From assembly GCF_963921235.1 (NCBI RefSeq), contig NC_086108.1, positions 94,056,001 through 94,120,000 of the forward strand: a DNA stretch of 64,000 nucleotides. Direction: 5' to 3'. Made by a program: the position numbers and the translations under genes. Source of the stretch: Mobula hypostoma (Eukaryota). Shown piece after piece: positions 1-11,902 of this stretch. Every line of letters begins with the position of its first letter. Within the stretch, counting starts at the first letter, position 1. The notes beneath the pieces were generated by a model. That model was not told where the DNA came from. It saw only the letters and a program-made list of their open reading frames with translations, and searched no databases.

Positions 1-545
1 AGGGGGGAGGGGTGAAGTAAAGAGCTGGGAAGTTGATTGGTGGAAGAGATACAGGGCTGGAGAAGGGGGGATCATGGGAGAGGACAGAAGGCCATGGAAG
101 AAGGGGAAGGGGGAGGAGCACCAGAGGGAGGTGATGGGCTGGTAAGGAGATAAGGTGAGAGAGGGGAATGGGGGAATGGTGAAGGGGAGGGGGGGGGGAC
201 AATTACCAGAAACTCGAAATGGATGCTTATGCCATCAGGTTGGAGGCCACCCGGACATTATACTGTATAAGTTGTTGCTCCTACAACCTGAGTGTGGCCT
301 TATCCTAGCAGTAGAAGAGGCTATGGACTGACTTGTTGGAATGAGAAAGGAAGTAGAATTGAAATGGGTGGCCACCGGGAAATCCCGCTTTTTGTTGGGG
401 GCCGAACGAAGGTGCTCGACGAATCAATGTCGGGTGTCACCGATATACAGGAGGCCACACCAGGAGCACCGGATACAGTAGGTGACCCCAGCAGACTCAC
501 AAGTAAAGTATCGCCTCACCTGGAAGGACTGCTAGAGGCCCTGAA
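1..545 (-). mobile_element. Old degenerate Penelope-like element 3' fragment (GIY-YIG C-terminus plus purine-rich 3' UTR)
   Basis: atgccatcaggttggaggc and acaacctgagtgtggcc match, with many substitutions, the GIY-YIG end of the PLE at 20602-20960. Confidence 0.75.
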
Positions 546-611
546 TCAAAATGTGCATCACAGATTCCAATAGTAGCAGAATCATATTTGAAAGAAGAAG
601 TAGTAAAAGAA

Positions 612-824
612 AAAAACAACAGGAATTCTGCAGATGCTGGAAATTCAAGCAACACACATAAAAGTTGCTGGTGAATGCAGCAGGCCAGGCAGCATCTCTA
701 GGAAGAGGTGCAGTCGACATTCGTTAGTCCTGACGAAGGGTCTCGGCCTGAAACGTCGACTGCACCTCTTCCTAGAGATGCTGCCTGGCCTGCTGCGTTC
801 ACCAGCAACTTTTATGTGTGTTGC
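612..824. mobile_element. Fold-back PLE-terminus mini-element with hammerhead motif and 14-bp TSD
   Basis: Direct repeat aagtagtaaaagaa at 598-611 and 825-838. Inverted 70-bp arms at 649-718 and 755-824 with one mismatch. Sequence matches the PLE terminus at 20206-20335. Confidence 0.9.
726..761 (+). ncRNA. Minimal type I hammerhead ribozyme motif
   Basis: agtc|CTGACGA|agggtctcggcct|GAAAC-GTC|gact. Stem I agtc/gact, core CUGANGA and GAAA, palindromic ACGU helix III, predicted cleavage after C757. Confidence 0.8.
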
Positions 825-1994
825 AAGTAGTAAAAGAATTAGTTTTGTGAACTGTCTGCAGGACGTCACCTTGGGTACAATGCTCAACTGGTGTCTAACC
901 AGACTTTTACAGAGCTGCAACCATTCTAGTTACCCCGACACCCTTCACCTCCTCTATCCATTACTGAACTGCACTGTCAACAATTTAAACCACTCTTTAT
1001 AATGCTGTTTACATTGTAAATACATGCTGGTGTTTATGTATTTATACTCATTTTATTCCATATCTGTACTTTAACCCCTATTCTTATATAATTCTTTATA
1101 ATTGCTGGATGTTTTTTTGTTGCATCTGTCACACTGACTAACACACCACGGCAACTTCCTATTGCACGTAAATGTAAATGGCAATGGAGGTTTTCCCTTG
1201 ATGACCTCAAACTCTTGAACTCCAATCCCCTGGCAAACGAAGGCTGGGGATGAGCGAAGACCTTAATGGTTGGGATTTCCTTCTGTAATGTTCAGCTTCA
1301 GAGCTCTTGGACCACACTAGAATTGAACATCCATTGTGGTTAGCGACTGGCTCCATTTTAGTGAGGGGAAAAATGCAAGATGGCGCCGAGCTGCCCTCTG
1401 GTTGAACACCTTAGTTGGGTGGCCCTTCATTGATTCTGTTATAGTTACTATTTTATAGATTCGTTGAGTATGCCTGCAGGAAAATGAATCTCACAGTTAC
1501 ATATGGTGACTTGTATGTACTTTGACAATAAAATTTTACTTTGAACTTTGGAAGAATCAGACGTCATTTGTGATGCCTGCAGTCAAACAGTTAAGTGGTG
1601 TAAATAAGTCACTTATTTAAATAACAAGCCCGCTGGCAAGGTATTTCAGAGTTAAACTCCTGTAAGAGGCAACTCCTTTCTGATTTTTTTGTTTACCTGT
1701 GGTTTGTATTTGACAGCGGTGAGTTAATCTACCAACACGTCAGTGAGGTGTGGGAAGAAGCTGGAATGTCAGGTAGAAACTTGACATGGAGTCGGGGATG
1801 TGCACGTTCCATCGGGACAGCACCAGTGTACAGGACCAAGCTTGACCTGGAGTTGTGAAGCAGTATCACTCATTGCTATGTCCAGCACAACAGGGTGTTG
1901 TCCCTTTCACCTTCCATATCTAATGTAAATGTTCTTACTCCCTCAGTCTCTGAGACACCTTCAGTTGTAAGATTGCTTGCTTCCACGTTGGTGA

Positions 1995-2582
1995 AACCCG
2001 TCCTAAATTGGGGGACCCCTTCGTGGAGCATCTCTGCTCCATCCACCAAAAGCAGAACTTCCTGATGGCCAAACATTCTAATTCCCATTCCGACGTGTTG
2101 GTCCCCGGTCTCCTCTTGTGCCAAGATGAGGCCACCCTCAGGGTGGAGGAGCAACACCTTGTATTCCATCTGGGTAGCCTCCAACCTGATGGTATGAATA
2201 TTGATTTCTCCTTCTGGGGGGGAAAATTCTCTCCCCCTCCCTCATCCTCTATTCCCACTCTGGCCTTTTACCTCTTCTCACCTGCCTATCACCTTCTCTG
2301 GTGTCTCCTCCTTCCCTTTTTCCTGTCGTCCATTCTCCGCTCCTTTCAGATTCCTCCTTCTCCAGCCCTTTACCTTTCCCAGCTGCCTGGCTTTTCCTCC
2401 ACCCCCACCCCCACCTTTTTATTTTTGCACATTCCCCTTTCCTTTAAAAGCCTGAAGAAGGGTCTTGGCGTGACATGTCAACGGTTTATTTCTTTCCATA
2501 GATACTTGCTGCCGTGCTGAGTTCCTCCAGCATTTTATGTGCGTTTCTTTGGATTTCCAGCATCTGCAGAGTTTCTCGTGTT
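1995..2582 (+). mobile_element. Degenerate PLE 3' fragment (GIY-YIG C-terminus, pyrimidine-rich UTR, decayed HHR, terminus)
   Basis: ORF 2008-2520 contains [27 protein letters not shown]. Decayed ctgaagaagggtcttggcgtgacatgtc near 2452-2479. Ends tccagcatctgcagagtttctcgtgttt. Confidence 0.85.
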
Positions 2583-3083
2583 TATGAACTGGTGCCCAAG
2601 CCAAAAGCACAAAATCAGTGATTAGAGGAATGGAAAATAACTCCAATAAAGCTGCATCATGTTGTGGTACGAGTACTGGTCCTCTCTAAGGTGCACAGCC
2701 GCACGGTTACTGAAATGCTCCCACACACATAGCTTTTGGTGCTCTGCAGCTGGAATTTTCTTTTGTGTAAAGTGCTGCACAGCTTTCAGGCCATGTGAAA
2801 CTTTCCAGCTCAGAGTTCTAGTCCGCGCAGATGTTTTTAAAAAAAAATTAGAAGGAACGTTATACATGATGCAACACTAAATGTGCTCTTGACAAACCAG
2901 ACATAATCCCACCTAATGCCTCCAAAAATATTCAACTTCCTTACAGTGAGAGAATGCTGCTCAAAGTACAGTAATTGCAAATACAAGGGATTGATGGGAC
3001 CATGTTAATGAAGCTGGTTATCTGTGGAAGGTTTACATTAAATAGTGAATCCCTCCTTATTTCCAGGCTCCTGTAGAATAAAC

Positions 3084-3350
3084 CTAGAACATAGAACAGT
3101 ACAGGCCCTTCAGCCCATTGTGTCGTACTGACCTTTTATCCTACTCCTCCATCGGTATAACCCTTCCCTCCTCCACAGCCCAAAACCCTCAAATTTTCTT
3201 TCATCCACGTGCCTATATAAGAACGCAAACACAAGGAAATCTGCAGATGCTGGAATTTCAAGCAACACACATAAAAAAGCAGAGTTGATGGTGGAGGAAG
3301 GGAAGCCCCTTAGAGCCTCTTAAACGTCCCTAATGCACCTGCCTCCATGA
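3084..3350 (-). mobile_element. CR1 3'-UTR fragment interrupted by a short chimeric PLE piece (3222-3311)
   Basis: tagaacatagaacagtacagg tail typical of the CR1 copies here. Inserted aaacacaaggaaatctgcagatgctgg PLE terminus. Confidence 0.6.
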
Positions 3351-3354
3351 CTGG

Positions 3355-3645
3355 CCACCGCAGTGTGACACGATTCCAGCTCGGGGTGGCAGAGTTCAGA
3401 GTTCAATTTTGACACCTGTAGGGAGTCCATACCTCTTCCCTGTGGAATGCGTAGGTTTGCTCCGGGTGCTCTGGTTTCCTTCCACAGTCCAAAGAAGTAG
3501 GATGGACCAGACAGCAGGTTGATTAGTCATTGTAAATTGATCCTTGATTAGGCTGGGGCTCAGTCGGGGGCAGGGGGTGGGGTTGCCAGGTGGCATAGCT
3601 CAAAGGGCCAAAAAGGCCTATTCCGTGGTGTATCTCAATAAATAT
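3355..3645 (+). mobile_element. tRNA-derived V-SINE-like SINE
   Basis: B-box-like agagttcaatt, then central block tttgctccgggtgctctggtttccttccacagtccaaaga and a LINE-like tail. Confidence 0.6.
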
Positions 3646-4505
3646 ATATCCTCTGACATACTCCCTAAAGCTTCCTCCAATCATCTTAAAATTATCTCCT
3701 CTGCTATTGCCCATTACTGCCTGGGAAAAAATCACTGGCTGTCTGCTCGATCCATGCCTATTATTTTACACACCCCAATCAAATCACCTCCAATCCTGCT
3801 TCGTTCCAGAGAAAAGCTCTATCTCTCTACCTTTCACAAGGTACTATTTGCTTTAGGGTGTAGTTGCTGTAATTAAAAATCTGTTCGGAGCCAGCACCAA
3901 CAAACAAACATAGCAATCTGTCAACATTATTGTATGTTCCTGTGTGTGGGTAGCAGAGAGGGAGATTGGCCAAGGCACCTGCTCTTTGAGTTAGTGCCAT
4001 AGGCCTATTCTATCAAGGCACAAACAACATCTAATGACTATGAGTGTTGGTTGTGCTTGCAAGGTCCACTGATTCTGAGCTGATAAGAGTTCCCCGGTAA
4101 AGCAGGTCTGACGCAGGTGGTTTTACAGGCAGTCTCCAGAGTCACGATAGGACTCCGCTCCTAACAGCTGCTCATAACCTGAACAGCTTGCAAGTGGGAA
4201 ATGAACTGTGCTGAGAGCACGGGCAAGAGCACGAAGGGTGTCGCTGACTCCGTGCGTGTGCCTGCTCAGTGTTCTCAACCCCTGACTGCTGTGGCTCGGG
4301 GGGGGGGGGGGGGCGGGGTAAGAAGACACATAGAAGTGGCCCTTTCCCACCCAGTTGAAAATGCATGCAGCAGCCTGCAAATGTACCCCCATCCATCTAG
4401 CCAGATCTTGATGTATGGGCTTTCCGTACGGCAGACAATTCGCTATTGTTTTGCTTTGTGCTTCCTCCGTACACAGTGTAATGAATTCATCTGTATGAAC
4501 GGTAT

Positions 4506-5135
4506 TAGATTAGATTATGAGGACGCACAGTCCTCTTTTATTGTCATTTAGTAATGCATGCATTAAGAAATGATACAATATTCCTCTAGTGTGATATCAC
4601 AAAACACAGGACAGACCAAGACCGAAAAAACTGACAAAACCACATAATTATAACATATAGTTACAACAGTGCAACAATACCATAACTTGATGAAGAACAG
4701 TCCATGGCACAGTAAAAAAGTTCAAAGTTTCTCGAAAGTCCCACATCTCACGCAGATGGGAGAAAGAAGAAAATTCTCCCTGCCATGCCCGACCACAGTC
4801 CAACTCTGAGTCATCTGAAAACTTAGAGCTCTGAGCAGCCCTCCGACACCGAGCACCGAGCACCATCTCTGTCTGAACGTTTCAACCTCAGCCTCGGTCG
4901 CCAGCAGCAGGCAAAGCCGGGGATTTTGGGGCCTACCCTTTGGAGATTCTTGATTGCACAGTAACAACAGCAGCGAACCAGGCATTCCAGAAATTTCTCC
5001 AGATGTTCCTCTGCTTCTCACATCTGTCTTCATCTAATCAGAATTGTCCACGGCCCCTATTTAACAGATACGATATCATTTTTCACCGGAGAGCTGTGCG
5101 CGCGCGTCGTGCTGCCATCTTCTCCTCCCACCTCC
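4506..5135 (-). mobile_element. Non-autonomous LINE-derived element with (TAATC)n tail and 6-bp TSD
   Basis: cggtat at 4500-4505 and 5136-5141. tagattagatta tail on the left. CpG-rich 5' head (aagatggcagcacgacgcgcg on -) on the right. No real ORF. Confidence 0.65.
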
Positions 5136-5225
5136 CGGTATGCAAGACAAGTGACAATAATAAACTACCTGAGTGGGATCTGTATTGTGAGATTGAGTGT
5201 AAAGTTACTTTAATGTGCAATCTAC

Positions 5226-6163
5226 ACACATCAAAGTTGCTGGTGAACGCAGCAGGCCAAGCAGCATCTGTAGGAAGAGGTGCAGTCGACGTTTCAGGCC
5301 GAGACCCTTCGTCAGGACTAACTGAAGGAAGAGTGAGTAAGGGATTTGAAAGTTGGAGGGGGAGGGGGAGATCCAAAATGATAGGAGAAGACAGGAGGGG
5401 GAGGGATAGAGCCGAGAGCTGGACAGGTGACAGGCAAAAGGGGATACGAGAGGATCATGGGACAGGAGGTCCGGGAAGAAAGACAAAGGGGGGGGGACCC
5501 AGAGGATGGGCAAGAGGTATATTCAGAGGGACAGAGGGAGAAAAAGGAGAGTGAGAGAAAGAATGTGTGCATAAAAATGAGTAACAGATGGGGTACGAGG
5601 GGGAGGTGGGGCCTTAGCGGAAGTTAGAGAAGTCGATGTTCATGCCATCAGGTTGGAGGCTACCCAGACGGAATATAAGGTGTTGTTCCTCCAACCTGAG
5701 TGTGGCTTCATCTTTACAGTAGAGGAGGCCGTGGATAGACATGTCAGAATGGGAATGGGATGTGGAATTAAAATGTGTGGCCACCGGGAGATCCTGCTTT
5801 CTCTGGCGGACAGAGCGTAGATGTTCAGCAAAGCAGTCTCCCAGTCTGCGTCGGGTCTCGCCAATATATAAAAGGCCACATCGGGAGCACCGGACGCAGT
5901 ATATCACCCCAGTCGACTCACAGGTGAAGTGTTGCCTCACCTGGAAGGACTGTTTGGGGCCCTGAATAGTGGTAAGGGAGGAATTGTAAGGGCATGTGTA
6001 GCACTTGTTCCGCTTACACGGATAAGTGCCAGGAGGGAGATCAGTGGGGAGGGATGGGGGGGGACAAATGGACAAGGGAGTTGTGTAGGGAATGATCCCT
6101 GCGGAATGCAGAGAGAGGCGGGGAGGGAAAGATGTGCTTAGTGGTGGGATCCCGTTGGAGGTG
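5226..6163 (-). mobile_element. 5'-truncated PLE with intact Cys-rich linker and GIY-YIG endonuclease (ORF 5614-6075) and HHR-bearing terminus
   Basis: CKRNKCYTC...VIYCVRCSRCGLLYIGET...EH...HF...H. Near-identical to 20240-21150. gcaatctac repeated at 5217-5225 and 6164-6172. Confidence 0.92.
5284..5319 (-). ncRNA. Minimal hammerhead ribozyme motif in the PLE terminus
   Basis: Reverse complement reads agtcCTGACGAagggtctcggcctGAAACGTCgact. Confidence 0.8.
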
Positions 6164-6354
6164 GCAATCTACCTGATTGTTATTTCATCATCTAAAGAGA
6201 AATTACCTGGAACCCCATGAAGCTGTCAGCCTGCTCCACCCTGCTCCCATGGCTGTTCTTCCTGTGAAGCCCAGTGTTGTCGCAGCCAGGTCTTCACCAG
6301 TGGGCCTGGTGCTACTGATAGGTGTGGCTGCTGAAAAAGGACCAACAGACAACC

Positions 6355-6450
6355 ACCACACAACATGCTGGAGCGACTCAGCAGGCCAGGCAGCATCTAT
6401 GGAGAAGAGTAAACAGCTGACGTTTCGGGCCGAGACCCTTCATCAGGACC
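6355..6450 (-). mobile_element. Short PLE-terminus derivative with hammerhead core
   Basis: Reverse complement of 6414-6450 is ggtcCTGATGAagggtctcggcccGAAACGTCagctg. Core intact, stem I weak. Confidence 0.65.
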
Positions 6451-6479
6451 CTTGTCCTCAACGTCAAGAAGCTTGCAAC

Positions 6480-7495
6480 GTCCTTGAACTCAACGTCAGT
6501 AAGATGAAAGAGCTGATTGTGGACTTCAGGAAGGGTAAGACAAAGGAACACATACCAATCCTCATAGAGGGATCAGAAGTGGAGAGAGTGAGAAGTTCCT
6601 GGGTGTCAAGATCTCTGAGGATCTAACCTGGTCCCAACATATCGATGCAGCTACAAAGAAGGCAAGACAGCAACTACCCTTCATTGGGAGTTTGAAGAGA
6701 TTTGGCATGTCAACAAATACACTCAAAAACTTCTATAGTTGTACTGTGGAGAGCATTCTGACAGGCTGCATCACTGTCTGGTATGGGGGGGAGGACTGAA
6801 AGAAGTTATAAATTTAGTCAGCTCCACCTTGGGTACTAGCCTACAAAATACCCAGGACATCTTCAGGGAGCGGTGTCTCAGAAAGGCAGCATCTATTATT
6901 AAGGACCTCCAGCACCCAGGGCATGCCCTTTTCTCACTGTTACCATCAGGTAGGAGGTACAGAAGCCTGAAGGCACTCAGCAATTCAGGAACAGTTTCTT
7001 CCCCCTGCCATCCGATTCCTAAATGAAAATCAAGAGTAAGTCTAAATTCCGAAATGGACATTGATCCTGTGAACACTACTTCACGTTTTAAATATATATT
7101 ATTTCTGTTTTTGCATGGTTTTTAATCTATTTGTTGTACATATACTGTAATTACATAGAAACATAGAAAATAGGTGCAGGAGTAGGCCATTCGGCCCTTC
7201 GAGCCTGCACCGCCATTTATTATGATCATGGCTGATCATCCAACTCAGAACTCCGCCCCAGCCTTCCCGCCATACCCCCTGACCCCTGTAGCCACAAGGG
7301 CCATATCCAACTCCCTCTTAAACATAGCCAATGAACTGGCCTCAACAGTTTCCTGTGGCAGAGAATTCCACAGATTCACCACAAATTCATTAATTGATTT
7401 ACTTTTTTTCTTCTTCTATATTATGTATTGCATTGAACTGCTGCTGCTGAGTTAACAAATTTCACGACGCATGCTGGTGATAATAAATCTGATTC
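6480..7495 (+). mobile_element. Rex1/Babar-type LINE 3' fragment, with a CR1 3'-UTR piece inserted at about 7154-7382
   Basis: Motifs LNVSKMKELIVDFRK and ALFSLLPSGRRYRSL. Tail ataaatctgattctga. Confidence 0.75.
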
Positions 7496-8019
7496 TGAAG
7501 GGTCTCAGCCCGAAACATCTTTTCCATAGATGCTGCCTGGCCTCCTGAGTCCCTCCAGCATTTTGTGTGTGTTGCTTTGGATTTCCAGCACCTGCAAATG
7601 TACTTGTTGTCTTCAGCAGACAATCAGTTTTATTTTTCTCACTCAATGCTGTTACTAATGGTAACACAGAAAAGTGTGGTTAGTGCTTCTTTTGGAGTCT
7701 CAGAGATTGTGGGGATGCCACAGTAGCTGGGAGTATCCGATAGAGAGTATCAGTAAAGATTTGGAGCAATCGTTTGCGAAGCACATTAATACCAAACTGC
7801 GGTTCAGTGGTGCCTGAAGTAACCTTTGACACCAGTTCTGGCCGCAGGTTCTCAATCTCAAAGCCAAGAGCTTTTCTAGTTACAAATGTTACTTGGAGAG
7901 CATCTGAAAAGTTGATCATCACCTGCTCAAGCTTCAATATGTGCTCTGTCCGAAAAGCTTTTCTGTAGTTTGTGCTAATGGAAAATAGTGGTGGCAGCAT
8001 TGCTGTCCCCTCACCATCA

Positions 8020-8630
8020 CTATCACATCTATAGATGTGTTGTGGGGAGCGTGTTGACTGCCTGCATCACGGCCCAGTATGGGAACACCAATGCCTTTGA
8101 AGGGAAAATCCTACAAAAAGTAGTGGATTCGCTCCAGTACGTCACGGGTAAAGCCCTCCCAACCACTGAGCGTATCTACATGAAGAGGTGCTGTAGGAAA
8201 GCAGCATTCATCATCAGAGACGCCCACCACACCGGCCACGCTCTCTTCTCACTACTGCCATCAGGTAGAAGGTACAAGAACCTCAGGACTCACACCACCA
8301 GGTTCAAGAACAGCTACTATACCTCAGCCACCAGGCCCTTGAACAAAAGGGGATAATTATACTCATCTATTGAGATGTTCCCACACCCAATGATCTCACT
8401 TTATGGACTCTTTATCTTGTTGTTTCATGTTCTTGTTATTTATTGCTATTTATTTATATTTACATTTGCACAGTTTGATGTCTTCTATTCTCTACCTGAT
8501 CTTTCATTGATCCTGTTATAGTTACTATTCTATATATTTACCTAGTAAATGTATAGGATAAAGCACCTCGGGGTTGTATGTGGAGACATATATGTACGCT
8601 GGTAATAAAATTTACTTTGAACTTTGAATG
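8020..8630 (+). mobile_element. Rex1/Babar-type LINE 3' fragment
   Basis: ORF 7988-8356: SVLTACITAQYG...LFSLLPSGRRYKNLRTHTTRFKNSY. Tail aataaaatttactttgaactttga. Confidence 0.8.
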
Positions 8631-9104
8631 TCCCTGGCTTAGCTGCGAGGCTCCTGGACCTCAGTATCATCGCTCTCCCTTCTGTCCTCTCAGCTAATGC
8701 TGTTGAGCAAACTCCAGTCAAATAGGATAAATCATCTGAGTAAGGACAGGTAATTAATTCAAATGGTAACCATTCAGATAGCTGATGTAATGGGTTCTGC
8801 TCTGCAGTAGCAGTTGTGCTTGTGGAGTTATGACCAACAAGCATCGTTGGGAGAGAGCAGGAAGTATTCAGGAGTGAAGAGCAGAGGTAGTTATAACTTG
8901 CAGCTTGTCCTGATATGAAATACAAGACACGTATTTGGTCAAAAAAGCTGAGGTTGTCTTTGAAGGAGTTTAAAAAAATGCCAATGTTTACCTTGAATTA
9001 TAAGCTTAAATGGCAAAAATATGTGAAGCTCTTTGGTGCAGATTTAACCCTTTGCTGGTGAAGGCTGTCCTATAATTATGTAATTTATGCAGAATAAGCA
9101 AATA

Positions 9105-9842
9105 CAGTGGATTTTGGTCAATGGGCCATTGGTTAATCAGGGCAGCCGCTTATTCAGGACAGCTCTTAAAGAACTTAAAACAGATTGAGACAATAGCTGG
9201 GATGGATTCTCTTTGTTTCTTTGGGACACTATGCTGCTTAATAGGGACAGGAGACTGTTACCGAACATTTTCTAGCTAGCATCAGTCGCATGGGTGTTAG
9301 TACACCATGCTGAGAGGGAATAGTTTTTAAACTGCGTCCTTTGCATGTTTGTGTACAAAAAGCAGTGATTTTTGTCACTGTTGTTTGGTGAGTAAGAAAC
9401 AGACAAATCGGAATCAGTTTTGCTCACTGCAGTTTCAAGCATTCAGGCCTGGAGATGCCAGTATATAAAATGATTTTACTAATTCAACAAGTTAGGAACT
9501 ACAAAGAATTTGAAAGTATCAACAATCACCTTGAATGTTGCAATGGAAATAAATATTTGGAGGATGCAATCATGGAAAGCTCTTTTTGAAGGCAGTCCAT
9601 TATCTGCACTGATTTTGTTCATTTACAGGCAGTCATGTCAACACGTCAGCATACACTGATTTCCTCCATCAATTACCATCAGGAACTGATACACAGTTTT
9701 ATAGTTCTGTAGTGGTATTGGTAGTGTTCTAATTTATTCTGTGTTTTATTTAAATACTGAATGTTGTATCTTTTTTAACTATTTCCATGAAACTTTGGCT
9801 GACTGGGGCAGCCGATGTGTCCCAATTAACCGGAATCCACTG
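9105..9842 (+). mobile_element. Tigger/pogo-like non-autonomous DNA transposon with TA TSD
   Basis: TA|cagtggattttggtcaatggg ... cccaattaaccggaatccactg|TA inverted termini. Homologous to 26873-27650. Confidence 0.8.
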
Positions 9843-10769
9843 TATTATTAATCGTAGTATTTACTCTTTTGCAGGTAGTTTTGTTTGAATCCATAGGCCT
9901 TCACAATACTTCAACATTCTGCTCACCCTCCTGTAATTCTAATTCTGATCCCCAGCTGCCTTGTTTCCTCTGATGTCCATGTCCCTGTGTATTGCCTCGA
10001 TTTTTATTGTAACACGATGAGCACGGGATCGTGAGAAGTTGCTATTTTAATTTGCTTCAGATGCTCACAAGGAGTGGGGGTGGGGGAGTTGGGGGCCAAA
10101 GGTCACCATGTCCCTGATCTTCCTTGTACTGTTACCGTTTGAGAATGAAATGTCTTGTTCTTGTAGTAACATAGCAATAAAGATGTTCCACCCATCTAGG
10201 AATGGTGGTGGGGGGGCAAGATCTGTTGCAATTTCTCTGAGAAATATTAACTTCCTATTTACATTAATCCTATTGAGTAGAGGCATGTTATTTAAACCCT
10301 TGTACATTGTACACAGGAAAACACTGGAAACTGTTGGGACAAGTCTAATTTAGAGCAGACTGCTTTACAACAAGCCAATGTCAGCTTGAATTTACATTTA
10401 TTTAAGAGCTTTATTACGTCATCATAAAGAGCTTTACAGCCAGTAGGGGTGGGGGGGGGCTGTGGGGGAGCTTCTGGAGTGTATTGTGTTGGAATGCAGG
10501 AAACATGGTAAAAAAGGAAATCCCCCACAACTGGAAACTGATTATGTCCAGATTACTGAGGGGTTAATTAGGTGGTAACGTGGTGAAGATATAGAGGACA
10601 GTTCTCCCACTCATTTCTCAGAACGGGATCTTTTTTGTATCCAGTTTAAGGCCTCCTTCAAAAGACAACACCTTCTCTGGCAAAAGATGATTAGTAAACC
10701 TTCACCTTTCAAAAGCAAGGCTTTCCTCTCTGTGCACTCATAACTGTGTGGCTAGGGAGAGCTCAAACA

Positions 10770-10935
10770 ACATCTGAAAATTCAGGCAACACACATAAAA
10801 GTTGCTGGTGAACGCAGCAGGCCAGGCAGCATCTATAGGAAGGGGTACAGTTGACGTTTCGGGCCGAGACCCTTCGTCAGGACTAACTGAAAGAAGAGGT
10901 AGTAAGAGATTTGAAAGTGGGAGGGGGAGGGGGAT
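10770..10935 (-). mobile_element. PLE terminus fragment with hammerhead motif (10849-10884)
   Basis: Reverse complement agtcCTGACGAagggtctcggcccGAAACGTCaact. Confidence 0.8.
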
Positions 10936-11035
10936 CACTGTCGGCTGAGGTGTGTGACAATGAGGAAGATCAGCTGGTTGATGTGTGTTGCAACGACAAT
11001 TTTGTACTCAATGCCAGCAAGACTAAGGAATTGAT

Positions 11036-11201
11036 CACAAACGAGAGAAAATCCGCAGATGCTGAAAGTGAAAGTAATACACACAAAATGCTGGAGGAAC
11101 TCAGCAGGCCAGGCAGCATCTATGGAAAAGAGTAAAATAGTTGACGTTTCAGGTTGAGATGCTGTATGGCCTGCTGAGTTCCTCCAGCACTGTGTGTGTA
11201 T
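11036..11201. mobile_element. Older fold-back PLE-terminus derivative with about 15-bp TSD
   Basis: atgctggaggaactcagcaggcca is inverted as tggcctgctgagttcctccagca. gactaaggaattgat at 11021-11035 reappears split by the MITE (11202-11207 and 11725-11736). Confidence 0.7.
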
Positions 11202-11207
11202 GACTGA

Positions 11208-11724
11208 AGGCTGATTTATACTTCTGTGTCAACTTGACGCCGTAGGTACAGCGTTGCTGTGAACCCTACGTAGAGCCTACGCAGATCCCTATGCCGTCGC
11301 CTGATGCGCACCTCTCCCAAAATGTAACTGCGCGTCGCGGCAACGCAGACCACAACAACTGTGATTGGTCCGCTTGGTAGCGTCGCATTTCCTCCTACGC
11401 TGCAATAGCTTCCCATTGGGCGACTGAAGGGCAGGGAAGGAACTCTGGCTGCAATGCTTTCCATAAAGCTTTACAGACCTCCAAAATTATGGAGGACACA
11501 TTTTGCTTTTACGAAAAAAGGTACTCGCTTTAAACTTGTATACCCCGAGAAAGACTACCATGAACATGAAGCCTTGCGCGGGCAGGTGTGTGTGCACATG
11601 CACGACGTGCCCGAAATGCAGAGCGACGCAGACACACCAACGCACAAGTATAAATGCTCACAACACGCGTCGGTCACTAGCGTAGGTTACGGCGTCGAGT
11701 TGACACACAAGTATAAATCAGCCT
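11208..11724. mobile_element. PIF/Harbinger-like MITE
   Basis: TIR aggctgatttatacttctgtgtcaacttgacgccgta versus tacggcgtcgagttgacacacaagtataaatcagcct. 3-bp flanks tga/taa. CpG-rich interior implies a young age. Confidence 0.85.
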
Positions 11725-11902
11725 TAAGGAATTGATTGTGGACTTCAGGAAGGGGAAGTCAGAACACACTGCAGTGCTCACTGAGGGATTAGCGGTGGAA
11801 AGAGTGAGCAGTTTCACGTTCCTGGGCATCAACATCGCAAGCGATCTATCCTGGTCCCAATATATTGATAAACAAAGAAGGCATGCCAGTGGCTTTATTT
11901 CC

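Noticed and set aside
532..1002. Recurrent small ORFs (MLEIQATHIKVAGE..., AAWPAAFTSNF...) as a peptide family
   Set aside because: They are frame translations of the non-coding PLE terminus, recurring because the repeat recurs.
2450..2482. Functional hammerheads at about 2452, 7495, 30661 and 61720
   Set aside because: Core nucleotides are substituted or deleted; treated as decayed copies.
4290..4320. G- and C-runs (also near 186, 10445, 14530) as functional G-quadruplex elements
   Set aside because: Simple homopolymers with no supporting context.
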